Below are positions 1 to 7,819 of a stretch of DNA of 62,073 bases, piece by piece (within the stretch, counting starts at the first letter, position 1; the number at the start of each line of letters is the position of its first letter). This stretch comes from Patescibacteria group bacterium. GTDB lineage: Bacteria; Patescibacteriota; Microgenomatia; UM-FILTER-40-11. The notes under the pieces are model-generated. The model did not search any database and was not told where the DNA came from. It saw nothing but the letters and a program-made list of their open reading frames with translations. The DNA lies in contig DATKVM010000007.1 of NCBI GenBank assembly GCA_035530075.1, forward strand, positions 1-62,073. The letters are read 5' to 3'. A program made the translations under genes and the position numbers.

Positions 1-196
1 AAACTGAGGTGCCACCGTTGAGTTTGCCTTCTTCGGCGACCGGCGTCCCCTGTCCGGACTCGCGAGAACTGGTAGAGTAATTTTTAAAGTAGTTGAAAAG
101 GATAACGCCCACAACCACCACGACGACAATCCCCAAGACCAAACTGACGGCTGACTCGGCGGCCTTAACTTTCTTAAGGAAGGATTTTAAATTCAT
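1..196 (-). CDS. N-terminal part of a membrane-anchored protein (gene runs off the window start)
   Basis: ATG at 196-194 sits 11 nt downstream of GGAGGTG (214-208). The frame is open to position 1. Translation MNLKSFLKKVKAAESAVSLVLGIVVVVVVGVILFNYF... has one hydrophobic helix followed by a low-complexity region. Confidence 0.5.
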   Translation of the reverse strand, partial: MNLKSFLKKVKAAESAVSLVLGIVVVVVVGVILFNYFKNYSTSSRESGQGTPVAEEGKLNGGTSV

Positions 197-329
197 TGAG
201 AGTTTTTCACCTCCTTTCCTTGAGGGGTTTGGGCAGGAAAGCTATTAACTTATAAAAAAGCAAAGCCATTTTGAATGATTTTTTAGGATTTTGCAAGTCC
301 CAAAAAACCTTATAGTGAAAAACTTTAAA

Positions 330-351
330 GTAAATACCGAGCTTGGCTCGG
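330..351 (-). terminator. Putative intrinsic terminator downstream of the 443..823 gene
   Basis: The hairpin is CCGAGC-CAA-GCUCGG (351-337 on the minus strand). It is followed by the U-rich UAUUUACUUUAAAGUUUUU. Confidence 0.4.
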
Positions 352-442
352 AAGTTTATAATAGAAAATATAGAAAATTCAGAAGATATAGAGTTAAGAA
401 AGGATTATCTTATAAAGAATTTTATAGAGAATGTGGTGGGAG

Positions 443-823
443 CTATTGGTTTATGAAGTCCCTAAGCCTTTTCAGTTCATCCAGAGAAATATAGGCTGAC
501 GCCATGGCCTGAAGTCCAAGGTCTTCTGGTTCCTCGGAGAAAAGAACAGGTTTTCCTTGTGCTACCGCATAACCGATTTCCGCAGAGACAAGAGTGCCCA
601 CATAGCCATCTGGGCAGATAACGTAAAGAGCTTCACTACCATCAATCGCCTCAAAATGTTCTCTTTCAAGCTTTTTCATAAACTTTAAATCAACACCTTC
701 TTTCCTTATTTCGCTCTCTAGGTTTGGAAATAATGCTCTTATGCCGTGTTTTTCAAGCTCTGAAACGGCGAACCTAATAGCCTCTTTAAACTTAAGACTT
801 GAGCTAATGGTAACTCTCTCCAT
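443..823 (-). CDS. Small Rossmann-like protein, possibly nucleoside 2-deoxyribosyltransferase-like
   Basis: 126-aa ORF. The segment ALYVICPDGYVGTLVSAEIGYAVAQGKPV resembles the deoxyribosyltransferase-like family as I remember it. There is no SD and the leader is AU-rich. Confidence 0.35.
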   Translation of the reverse strand: MERVTISSSLKFKEAIRFAVSELEKHGIRALFPNLESEIRKEGVDLKFMKKLEREHFEAIDGSEALYVICPDGYVGTLVSAEIGYAVAQGKPVLFSEEPEDLGLQAMASAYISLDELKRLRDFINQ

Positions 824-843
824 TTATTTAATTATGTATTTAT

Positions 844-998
844 TTGAGGGGCGGGATCGACGAGTCTCCCTTCGACAAGGCTTCGACGGTGAGCTCAGCC
901 GAATCGCTCAGGGTAAACGAACCCCACACAATCTTACCATTCGCCCTCCGAACTGGAGGGCTCATGGAGCGATTTGGCGGGGCAGGCTCGCAACCTTG
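844..998 (-). other. Unassigned structured RNA-like segment between tRNA-Asp and the 443..823 CDS
   Basis: Hand-folded helices are 974-967/909-902 (8 bp), 961-955/949-943 (7 bp) and 925-922/913-910 (4 bp). Together they form a 73-nt three-way junction followed by a C-rich tail (855-848). The ORFs predicted here overlap the tRNA and look spurious. Confidence 0.3.
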
Positions 999-1071
999 CG
1001 GACCCGACCGGATTCGCACCGGCGATCTTCCGCGTGACAGGCGGATGTGTTAACTGCTACACCACGGATCC
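999..1071 (-). tRNA. tRNA-Asp (anticodon GUC)
   Basis: Cloverleaf folded by hand: acceptor GGATCCG/CGGGTCC, D arm GTGT-AGCAGTTA-ACAC, anticodon arm TCCGC-CTGTCAC-GCGGA, T arm GCCGG-TGCGAAT-CCGGT, discriminator G. No CCA is encoded. The T-loop reads UGCGAAU, so position 55 is G rather than U. Confidence 0.85.
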
Positions 1072-1084
1072 AATTTACTAACCC

Positions 1085-1180
1085 ACTAGTAGCTAGTAGT
1101 TAGTAGTGAGTAGTGAGTAGTTAGGGAAAATCATTGCTTCCTGATTGCTGGCTACTAGCTACTTACTGCTGGCTACTAAT
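1085..1180 (+). repeat. Long imperfect inverted repeat (41-nt arms, 14-nt loop) built from TAG-rich units
   Basis: Arms are 1085-1125 and 1140-1180. Hand pairing gives 30 Watson-Crick pairs, 7 G-U pairs and 4 mismatches. The G-U pairs exist only in the plus-sense RNA. Confidence 0.8.
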
Positions 1181-1192
1181 TATACCTTTAGC

Positions 1193-1221
1193 TTGCTATG
1201 ACAGTCAATAATGTGTAGGAT
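1193..1221 (+). promoter_or_regulatory. sigma70-like promoter of polX
   Basis: TTGCTA (1193-1198), a 17-nt spacer and TAGGAT (1216-1221). The ATG at 1230 is only 8 nt downstream and there is no SD. Confidence 0.45.
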
Positions 1222-1229
1222 AAAGCAAG

Positions 1230-3041
1230 ATGGGGAAAGGGAAGTTTTTCACCAATCAGGAGATTGCGGACTTGCTGCGGAAGATGGCGGCGGCCTACAC
1301 GGTTAAAGGGGAAGACCGATTTCGGGTGAAAGCCTACGAGGAAGCGGCCGTTTCGATTGAACATTCCACCAGTGAACTTAAGGACCTTTGGGATGAAGGA
1401 AAATTAGAAGAAGTCCCCGGTGTCGGTAAAAGCCTGGCCGGCTATTTAGATGAGCTTTTCCGCACCGGTAAAGTTAAGCATTTCGAGAAGGTTTTATCTT
1501 CTTTGCCGGCGGCCATGTTTGTTTTTGACAAAATTCCCGGGTTAGGGCCGAAAAAATCGTTGGCTTTGAGCCAAAATTTAGCGATAACGGCCGAGAAAGA
1601 CGTCCTAAAAAGGCTTAAGCGAGCCGCTAAAGAGGGGAAAATCCGTGACCTTCCCGGTTTTGACGAAAAGTCTGAAGAGAATATTTTGCGGGGGATTGAG
1701 TCCCTGGAAAAAGGCGAGCAAAAAACCAAGCGGATGCCTCTTTATCAGGCGGATGCTTTAGCCCAAGAGCTAATTTCTTATCTGAAGAAGAGCCCGGTGG
1801 TAATTGAAGCTCACCCTTTAGGCAGTTTGAGGCGAATGTTAGCGACGGTGGGCGATATTGATATCTCTGTGTCTACTAATTCTCCGAAAGAAGTTTTGGC
1901 TTATTTTTTCCGTTACCCTAGGATTCAGCGGGTGGTGAGCAAGGGCGAGAAAGCTTTGGGCCGGGTGGTTTTACAGAGCGGCCAGCAAGTGGATATCCGT
2001 CTCTCCGCCCCGGAGAGTTATGGGGCGATGTTACAGTATTTCACCGGTAGCAAGCAACATAATATCTATTTGCGAGAATATGCCTTAAGTAAAAAATTGT
2101 CCTTGTCGGAATATGGGATTAAAAACTTGAAAACCCAAAAGGTAGCGAAAACCAGGACGGAAGAGGAATTTTACCGGGCGCTGGGACTTGAATATATTCC
2201 TCCAGAGATAAGAGAGGGTAGCGGTGAGATTGAGGCCGCTCGCGAAAATAAACTACCGAATTTGGTAGAAGGAAAAGATATTAAGGGAGATTTGCATCTT
2301 CATTCCGACTTTCCGATTGAATCTAGCCACGATATCGGCGTTTCTTCAATGGAGGAAATGATTAAAATAGCCGAGGAGTTAGGCTACGAATATCTTGGAT
2401 TTACGGAACATAATCCCTCCCTATCTCATCATTCAAAGGCCAAGATGGTTGATTTAATCAAGAAGAAAAAAGAAATGGTTGATAAAATAATTTACTCAAG
2501 TGAAAAGTCAGTGAAAAGCAGGGGAAGAAAATTACCCATTGCTATATACAATGGTCTGGAAGTAGATATCCGACCCGACGGTGAGCTGGCGCTACCGAAA
2601 GAAGCCGATAATCTTCTTGATTATATTATTGTTTCTGTTCATTCCAGCTTTGATTTAAGCCGCGAGAAAATGACTACCCGGGTTCTAAAGGCCCTGGCTC
2701 AGCCAAAGGTTAAAATTCTTGGCCATCCGACTGGCCGGAAAATTGACGTGAGAGAAGGTTACGAGTTGGATTGGGAAAAAATTTTTGAATTTTGTCTGAA
2801 AAACGGAAAGGCTTTGGAAATTTCGGCTTGGCCGGACCGACTCGATTTGCCGGATGCGCTGGTCCGGGAAGCGGTCAAGGCAGGGGTGAAACTGGTGATT
2901 AATTCCGATTCGCACAGCGCCAGTCAGATGACACTGATGAGATATGGAGTGGCGGTTGCCCGACGGGGTTGGGCAGAAACCAAGGATATTTTAAATACTT
3001 TACCGAAGGAAAAGCTGAGTGATATACTTTTAGAAAGTTAA
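1230..3041 (+). CDS. polX: Family X DNA polymerase with C-terminal PHP phosphoesterase domain (PolX)
   Basis: 603 aa. It has N-terminal HhH/Pol-beta-like regions, the nucleotidyltransferase motif TVGDIDISV and a C-terminal PHP region (DLHLHSDF ... FTEHNP ... SVHSSF ... NSDSH). Confidence 0.9.
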   Translation: MGKGKFFTNQEIADLLRKMAAAYTVKGEDRFRVKAYEEAAVSIEHSTSELKDLWDEGKLEEVPGVGKSLAGYLDELFRTGKVKHFEKVLSSLPAAMFVFDKIPGLGPKKSLALSQNLAITAEKDVLKRLKRAAKEGKIRDLPGFDEKSEENILRGIESLEKGEQKTKRMPLYQADALAQELISYLKKSPVVIEAHPLGSLRRMLATVGDIDISVSTNSPKEVLAYFFRYPRIQRVVSKGEKALGRVVLQSGQQVDIRLSAPESYGAMLQYFTGSKQHNIYLREYALSKKLSLSEYGIKNLKTQKVAKTRTEEEFYRALGLEYIPPEIREGSGEIEAARENKLPNLVEGKDIKGDLHLHSDFPIESSHDIGVSSMEEMIKIAEELGYEYLGFTEHNPSLSHHSKAKMVDLIKKKKEMVDKIIYSSEKSVKSRGRKLPIAIYNGLEVDIRPDGELALPKEADNLLDYIIVSVHSSFDLSREKMTTRVLKALAQPKVKILGHPTGRKIDVREGYELDWEKIFEFCLKNGKALEISAWPDRLDLPDALVREAVKAGVKLVINSDSHSASQMTLMRYGVAVARRGWAETKDILNTLPKEKLSDILLES

Positions 3042-3141
3042 AAGTCAAAGGGTAAAAGTCAAAAGTTAAAACACCGCGGGCAGGAAGCTCGGGAAAAGCC
3101 GTCCGGAAAGAAGTAAGTGATATTAGAAAAGAATATAAATT

Positions 3142-3178
3142 AATTTTCGGGGCGGTTCGGTGGAAGATCCCGAAAATT
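3142..3178 (+). terminator. Hairpin downstream of polX (possible terminator)
   Basis: 10-bp stem AATTTTCGGG (3142-3151) / CCCGAAAATT (3169-3178) with a 17-nt loop. It is followed by ACUAAUUU, which is only a weak U tract. Confidence 0.35.
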
Positions 3179-3196
3179 ACTAATTTGGAAAGTTTT

Positions 3197-3223
3197 TGAA
3201 AGAAAACCATAGGTTTCCTTTCA
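3197..3223 (+). promoter_or_regulatory. 27-nt palindromic promoter-like element upstream of lemA (copy 1 of 3)
   Basis: TGAAAGAAAACC-ATA-GGTTTCCTTTCA with 12-bp arms. TTGAAA overlaps its left edge and TTTCAT its right edge. The same element lies 5' of tRNA-Glu and tRNA-Lys. Confidence 0.5.
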
Positions 3224-3239
3224 TGAAGGGAGGTGGAAA

Positions 3240-3818
3240 ATGATTATTCTTTTAATTTTTGTTGGCGTAATTGGCCTATATATTCTTCTAACTTATAACC
3301 GCTTTGTGACTATGCGGACGCGGGTTAGAGCTTCCGTTCAGGAAATCGGTAACCAGCTTAAAAGACAGGCGAATTTAATTCCTAACCTGGAGGAATCAGT
3401 CAAGGGTTATCTTAAGCACGAGAAAGCGATTTTCGCGGAGCTGGCCGAAGCGCGAAAAGCAATTCTATCTGCTTCCTCTCAGAACAATTTGGGAGAAATG
3501 GTGAAGGCCAACGAGCTTCTTCAAAAAACGCTTGGTAATTTACGGGTTGTCGTGGAAAGCACCCCCCAAATAAAAGGAGTGGAAACAGTCACTCGACTAA
3601 TGGATGAATTGCGGGATACGGCGGACAAAGTGATGTATAGTCGCCGCAACTTAATCGACCAAACAGCTGATTATAATATTATGCGTTCAACCTTTCCCAG
3701 TAATTTAGTGGCTCAACTTTTCCATTTTGAGGAGAAAAAAGGTTTGATAACACCCCAAAAAGGTGAGCACTTGGAGGTAGAACCGGAAGAGATAAAAACT
3801 CCCAAGGTTAAGTTTTAA
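3240..3818 (+). CDS. lemA: LemA family membrane protein
   Basis: 192 aa. It has an N-terminal TM helix followed by YNRFV...QEIGNQLKRQANLIPNL, typical of LemA. The SD GGGAGGTGG lies upstream. Confidence 0.85.
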   Translation: MIILLIFVGVIGLYILLTYNRFVTMRTRVRASVQEIGNQLKRQANLIPNLEESVKGYLKHEKAIFAELAEARKAILSASSQNNLGEMVKANELLQKTLGNLRVVVESTPQIKGVETVTRLMDELRDTADKVMYSRRNLIDQTADYNIMRSTFPSNLVAQLFHFEEKKGLITPQKGEHLEVEPEEIKTPKVKF

Positions 3819-3821
3819 GGA

Positions 3822-4718
3822 ATGCTTAATGTTTATGAACAAGTCGACCGCAACAAAAGACGGTCGGCCTGGATAATAATTGCTTTCGCCGTTTTTGTGG
3901 CGGCCGTGGTTTACTTTTTAGGCCGCGCTTTTGGCTATGGTCCGTCATTTATCACCTGGGCTCTGATTATTTCCGGCCTAACCAGTTTTTTAGGTTATTG
4001 GTATTCGGATAAAATTATTCTTTCGGTTTCGAGGGCCCGCCCCGCCAATCGCACGAGCGATTTTAAGTTTTATACGGCGGTGGAAAACTTAAGTTTGGCG
4101 GCCGGTATCCCGATGCCGCGGCTTTACGTTATTGACGATAGCGCCCCTAACGCTTTTGCCACCGGTCGGGATGCTAGCCACGCGGTGGTGGTGGCCACTA
4201 CCGGTCTTCTTGATAAACTGAGCAAGACAGAGGTCGAGGGAGTAGTGGCCCATGAAATTTCTCATATCAGAAACTACGATATGCGCTTGATGTCAGTGGT
4301 GGTGGTTTTAGTGGGAATGATTACGCTTCTGGCTGACTGGCTTTTGCGGAGCAGCTGGGGAAGAAAAAACCGCGACGAGGAAGGAGGGGGAAGCCTGCTT
4401 TTAATTATCGGTTTGGCTTTAGCCTTGCTTTCACCTTTAATTGGCAAACTGATTCAACTGGCTCTTTCCCGCCGGCGGGAGTTTCTGGCGGACGCCAGTG
4501 CTATTTTGCTCACCCGTCAGCCTTCGGGCCTGATTTCGGCTTTAAAGAAAATTGCCGCCGACCCAGAACCGTTGGAGGCGGCTAACAGAGCGACGGCGTC
4601 GCTCTATATTGTTAACCCCTTGAAGGGTGAAGAGGGACGAATTGGTTGGTTTGCTAATCTCTTTAATACTCATCCGCCAATTAAGGAAAGAATCAAGACG
4701 CTGGAGGCGATGGGGTGA
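3822..4718 (+). CDS. htpX: M48-family zinc metalloprotease HtpX
   Basis: 298 aa with multiple TM segments. It carries the HEISHIRNYD (HExxH) motif and a C-terminal THPPIKERI. It is adjacent to lemA, as in many bacteria. Confidence 0.9.
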   Translation: MLNVYEQVDRNKRRSAWIIIAFAVFVAAVVYFLGRAFGYGPSFITWALIISGLTSFLGYWYSDKIILSVSRARPANRTSDFKFYTAVENLSLAAGIPMPRLYVIDDSAPNAFATGRDASHAVVVATTGLLDKLSKTEVEGVVAHEISHIRNYDMRLMSVVVVLVGMITLLADWLLRSSWGRKNRDEEGGGSLLLIIGLALALLSPLIGKLIQLALSRRREFLADASAILLTRQPSGLISALKKIAADPEPLEAANRATASLYIVNPLKGEEGRIGWFANLFNTHPPIKERIKTLEAMG

Positions 4719-4765
4719 TAAAAGAGATTAAGAAATTAAGTAACTAGGAAATTAAGAAAAAAGAA

Positions 4766-5068
4766 ATGCAAAAATTATCAGAAAAAGAAGTCCGGCATAT
4801 TGCCAAGCTGGCTCAGTTACCTTTGAGCGATGAAGAAGTGAGAACTTTTGCCGAGCAGCTTTCAGAAACTTTAGATTATATCGAGAGGTTAAAGGAATTA
4901 AAGACCGAAGCGGTTCAGCCAACTTACCAGACTACGGGTTTAAAGAATGTTTTTCGAGAGGATGAAATTGGACCTTGTCTTTCCCAAGAAGAGGCCCTCC
5001 AAAATTCTGAAGAAACTTATAAAGGATATTTTAAAGTAAAAGCGGTTTTAGGGCCGCTAAATCCGTAA
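4766..5068 (+). CDS. gatC: Asp/Glu-tRNA amidotransferase subunit C
   Basis: 100 aa. VRHIAKLAQLPLSDEEV...LSETLDYIERL is GatC-like, and the gene lies directly upstream of gatA. Confidence 0.85.
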   Translation: MQKLSEKEVRHIAKLAQLPLSDEEVRTFAEQLSETLDYIERLKELKTEAVQPTYQTTGLKNVFREDEIGPCLSQEEALQNSEETYKGYFKVKAVLGPLNP

Positions 5069-5145
5069 GATATTAAGATAAAAAGAAATTAAGAAATAAG
5101 CGAAGCTTGAAATCGCTTCGCGATTATAAAGAAATTGAGAATAAA

Positions 5146-6537
5146 ATGGCGTTAAATGAACTGACGATTGTTGAGGCAAGAGAGGGTCTTAAAGAGAAAC
5201 GATTTTCGGCTGTCGAGTTGGCCCGAGATTGTTTGGGAGCCATTAAAAAAATTGACCCTAGAGTTAAAGCTTATGTCACGGTGGATGAGGAAAGGGTTTT
5301 AAAAGAGTCAAAGGCAGTGGAAAAGAAGTTAAGCGAATTGCCTCTTGGAGGAGTGCCGATTGCCGTCAAGGATAATTTTTTAACCCGAGGATTGAGAACA
5401 ACGGCCTCATCTCGGGTTTTAGAGAACTATTTACCGGTTTACGACGCCACGGTCATCAGTAAATTGAAAGAAGCGGGGGCAATTATCCTGGGCAAAACCA
5501 ACATGGACGCTTGGGCGCATGGTTCTTCGACCGAAACTTCGCAGTTCTTTCCCACTCATAATCCTTGGGATTTGGAGAGATTGCCGGGCGGTTCCTCCGG
5601 CGGTTCAGCCGCCGCGATTGCGGCAGACTTAACAATTGGGGCAATTGGCAGTGAGACGGCCGGTTCTATCCGTCAGCCGGCCTCCTGGTGCGGCGTGGTT
5701 GGGCTGAAACCCAGTTATGGTGTCGTCAGCCGCTACGGCGTTATTGCGATGGCCTCTTCTCTCGATTCTCCCGGGCCAATGACGAAAACAGTGGAGGATA
5801 GCCGCCTTCTTTTTGAAATTTTGCGAGGGAGAGATTCTCACGATGCTACTTCAGTTGATTTCAGGCCCCTTCCTCAAAAACCGTTCCGCCAGGTAAGAAT
5901 TGGAGTTGCTCCTCAATATTTTCCGGCCGAGATGGATGAAGAAGTCAAAACCATGGTTAAAGAAGCGATTAATCTTTTTACCGGCCAAGGATTGGCAACG
6001 AAAGAGGTCAGACTGATTGATCCCCAGTTTGCCATCGCCGATTACACCGTCTTGCAGCGGGCGGAAGTTTCCTCCAATTTGGCGCGTTATGATGGCATCC
6101 GCTATGGCCGAGACCGCTCTTTCTTTGGCGAGGAAGCCAAGAGAAGAATTATGTTGGGAACTTATACCCTCTCCGCCGGTTACTATGACGCGTATTATCT
6201 GCGGGCGGAAAAAGTGCGCGCTCTTCTCTGTCATGATTTTGAAAAAGTTTTTCAGGAGATTGATGTCATTATGGCACCAACCACTCCTTCAACCGCGCTT
6301 AAGCTAGGAGCGACGAAGGGACACCCGATGTTTGGGGAAGTGCAGGATATGTTGGTGGAGGCTTCCTCGATTGCCGGTCTGCCGGGAATTAATCTTAATT
6401 GTGGCTTTACTAAAAAGGGCTTGCCGGTAGGGCTGCAGATTATCGGCCCGCGATTTTCCGAATTGCTTCTCTTGGGTATGGCTCAGATGTATGAAAAGGC
6501 AACCGATTGGCAGAAAAGAAAGCCCTCATTAAATTAG
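5146..6537 (+). CDS. gatA: Asp/Glu-tRNA amidotransferase subunit A
   Basis: Amidase signature GGSSGGSAAA and KDNF motifs. I prefer the ATG at 5146 over the TTG at 5107 given in the ORF track. Confidence 0.9.
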   Translation: MALNELTIVEAREGLKEKRFSAVELARDCLGAIKKIDPRVKAYVTVDEERVLKESKAVEKKLSELPLGGVPIAVKDNFLTRGLRTTASSRVLENYLPVYDATVISKLKEAGAIILGKTNMDAWAHGSSTETSQFFPTHNPWDLERLPGGSSGGSAAAIAADLTIGAIGSETAGSIRQPASWCGVVGLKPSYGVVSRYGVIAMASSLDSPGPMTKTVEDSRLLFEILRGRDSHDATSVDFRPLPQKPFRQVRIGVAPQYFPAEMDEEVKTMVKEAINLFTGQGLATKEVRLIDPQFAIADYTVLQRAEVSSNLARYDGIRYGRDRSFFGEEAKRRIMLGTYTLSAGYYDAYYLRAEKVRALLCHDFEKVFQEIDVIMAPTTPSTALKLGATKGHPMFGEVQDMLVEASSIAGLPGINLNCGFTKKGLPVGLQIIGPRFSELLLLGMAQMYEKATDWQKRKPSLN

Positions 6538-6557
6538 ATAAAAAGAAAGAAGGCAAA

Positions 6558-7817
6558 ATGAGAAGAAAGGAAATTTTTACTTTCATTAAGCAAAATCGCC
6601 GTTTTGATTTAGTTTGGGCGTCTCAGATTTTGTCACAGATAACTCTTAATATGATTAATTTTGTGATGGCGACCCGGATTTATGAACGCACCGGCTCAAC
6701 TTTGGCCGTTTCTTTCCTTTGGGTTTTTTATTATCTCCCGGCGTTTTTCCTGGGTCCTTTTTCCGGCCTGTTTGTTGATTGGTGGAGCCGGCGGAAAACC
6801 CTCTTATACGCTAATCTTCTGCAATCTTTGACCGTGGCCCTTTTCCTCCTGATGAAAGACGGAATATATCCAATTTTTCCGATTGTTTTCCTCTATTCGC
6901 TATTGAATCAGTTTTACTGTCCGGCCGAAGCGGCTTCCATTCCTTGGCTGGTCAAGAAAGATGACTTGCCCCTGGCGAACAGCCTTTTTATGCTTACTTC
7001 CCAAAGCGCTCTGATTTTTGGCTTGGGGGTAAGCGGGGTTTTGATTCGACTTTTTGGTAAAGATAATCCAATTTGGGTCGCGGCAGTTTGTCTTTTTCTC
7101 GCCGCCGTTTCGGTTTACTTTCTCCCCCAAAATGAACCAAAGCGGCCAAACTTTTTAAACAGTTTTTCCGGTTTTTGGGAGGAAATAAAGGCAGGCTACT
7201 CTTTCATTAGAGAAACGCGATTAATTCTTTTTCCTTTACTTTTGATGATTGCTTTTCAGGTATTTATGGTAATTTTAGGAGTGACTCTGCCCAGTTTGGC
7301 CAGCAACATTTTACAAATAAAAATCCATGACGCGGGGCCGCTTTTAATTGTGCCTTTGGGAATGGGGGCGCTTACGGGAGCTTTGGTCCTGACTCATTTG
7401 GCCAGTCGCTATCGCAAGCGTTGGTTAATGAAAAAAGGTTTTGGCTTGGCCTTTCTCGTTATCGCCTGCTTTTCCCTGTTCATTCCCCTTCTGGGGCGTT
7501 ATAAGATAGTGGCAGCGATTCCGCTGATGTTTTTGTTAGGCCTGGCGGGCTTTTTAGTCTACATTCCTAACCAGACCTTAATTCAGGAACATACGCCTCG
7601 AGATTTAAGAGGGAGGGTTTACGGAACCTTGGCTTTTTTCGGCAACCTAGTCACTTTGCCTTGCCTTCTTTTTGCGGCGACGATAGTGGACTTAATTGGG
7701 GTAAAGATATTTATGTTTTTAGCCTCTGGAGCGGTTTTAGCGATGCTTTTGATTTTTGATCGAGTGGAGCAGTTTATTTTAGTCACTAAGAAAGAAGTCG
7801 CGATAGCGGCGGTCTAA
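6558..7817 (+). CDS. MFS-type transporter (about 12 TM)
   Basis: Hydrophobic multi-pass ORF with an MFS-like layout. I prefer the ATG at 6558 (AGAAGG upstream) over the TTG at 6507. It is inserted between gatA and gatB. Confidence 0.6.
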   Translation: MRRKEIFTFIKQNRRFDLVWASQILSQITLNMINFVMATRIYERTGSTLAVSFLWVFYYLPAFFLGPFSGLFVDWWSRRKTLLYANLLQSLTVALFLLMKDGIYPIFPIVFLYSLLNQFYCPAEAASIPWLVKKDDLPLANSLFMLTSQSALIFGLGVSGVLIRLFGKDNPIWVAAVCLFLAAVSVYFLPQNEPKRPNFLNSFSGFWEEIKAGYSFIRETRLILFPLLLMIAFQVFMVILGVTLPSLASNILQIKIHDAGPLLIVPLGMGALTGALVLTHLASRYRKRWLMKKGFGLAFLVIACFSLFIPLLGRYKIVAAIPLMFLLGLAGFLVYIPNQTLIQEHTPRDLRGRVYGTLAFFGNLVTLPCLLFAATIVDLIGVKIFMFLASGAVLAMLLIFDRVEQFILVTKKEVAIAAV

Positions 7818-7819
7818 AG

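Noticed and set aside
291-494. Track ORF 291..494 (67 aa).
   Set aside because: It lies in a spacer that already holds a minus-strand terminator hairpin and a TTGCAA-N17-CAAAAT promoter for the gene starting at 196. It also overlaps the 3' end of 443..823. No family resemblance was seen.
741-1053. Track ORFs 741..1037 and 844..1053 (plus strand).
   Set aside because: They run antisense through tRNA-Asp and the structured G+C-rich segment. They have Arg/Gly/Pro-rich low-complexity translations and no start context, so they are most likely spurious.
847-1075. Possible tmRNA: the plus strand starts GGGGCGGGATCGACGAG..., which resembles a tmRNA 5' end.
   Set aside because: No matching 3' acceptor strand (CCGCCCC-ACCA) or T arm occurs within the next ~400 nt. 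The region overlaps a well-formed tRNA-Asp on the other strand. No plausible tag ORF ending in ...AA-stop was found.
4719-5106. Short A-rich repeats (GAAATTAAG units) before gatC and gatA.
   Set aside because: These are low-complexity AT-rich spacers of a few units only. Chance or a translation-initiation context is enough to explain them.
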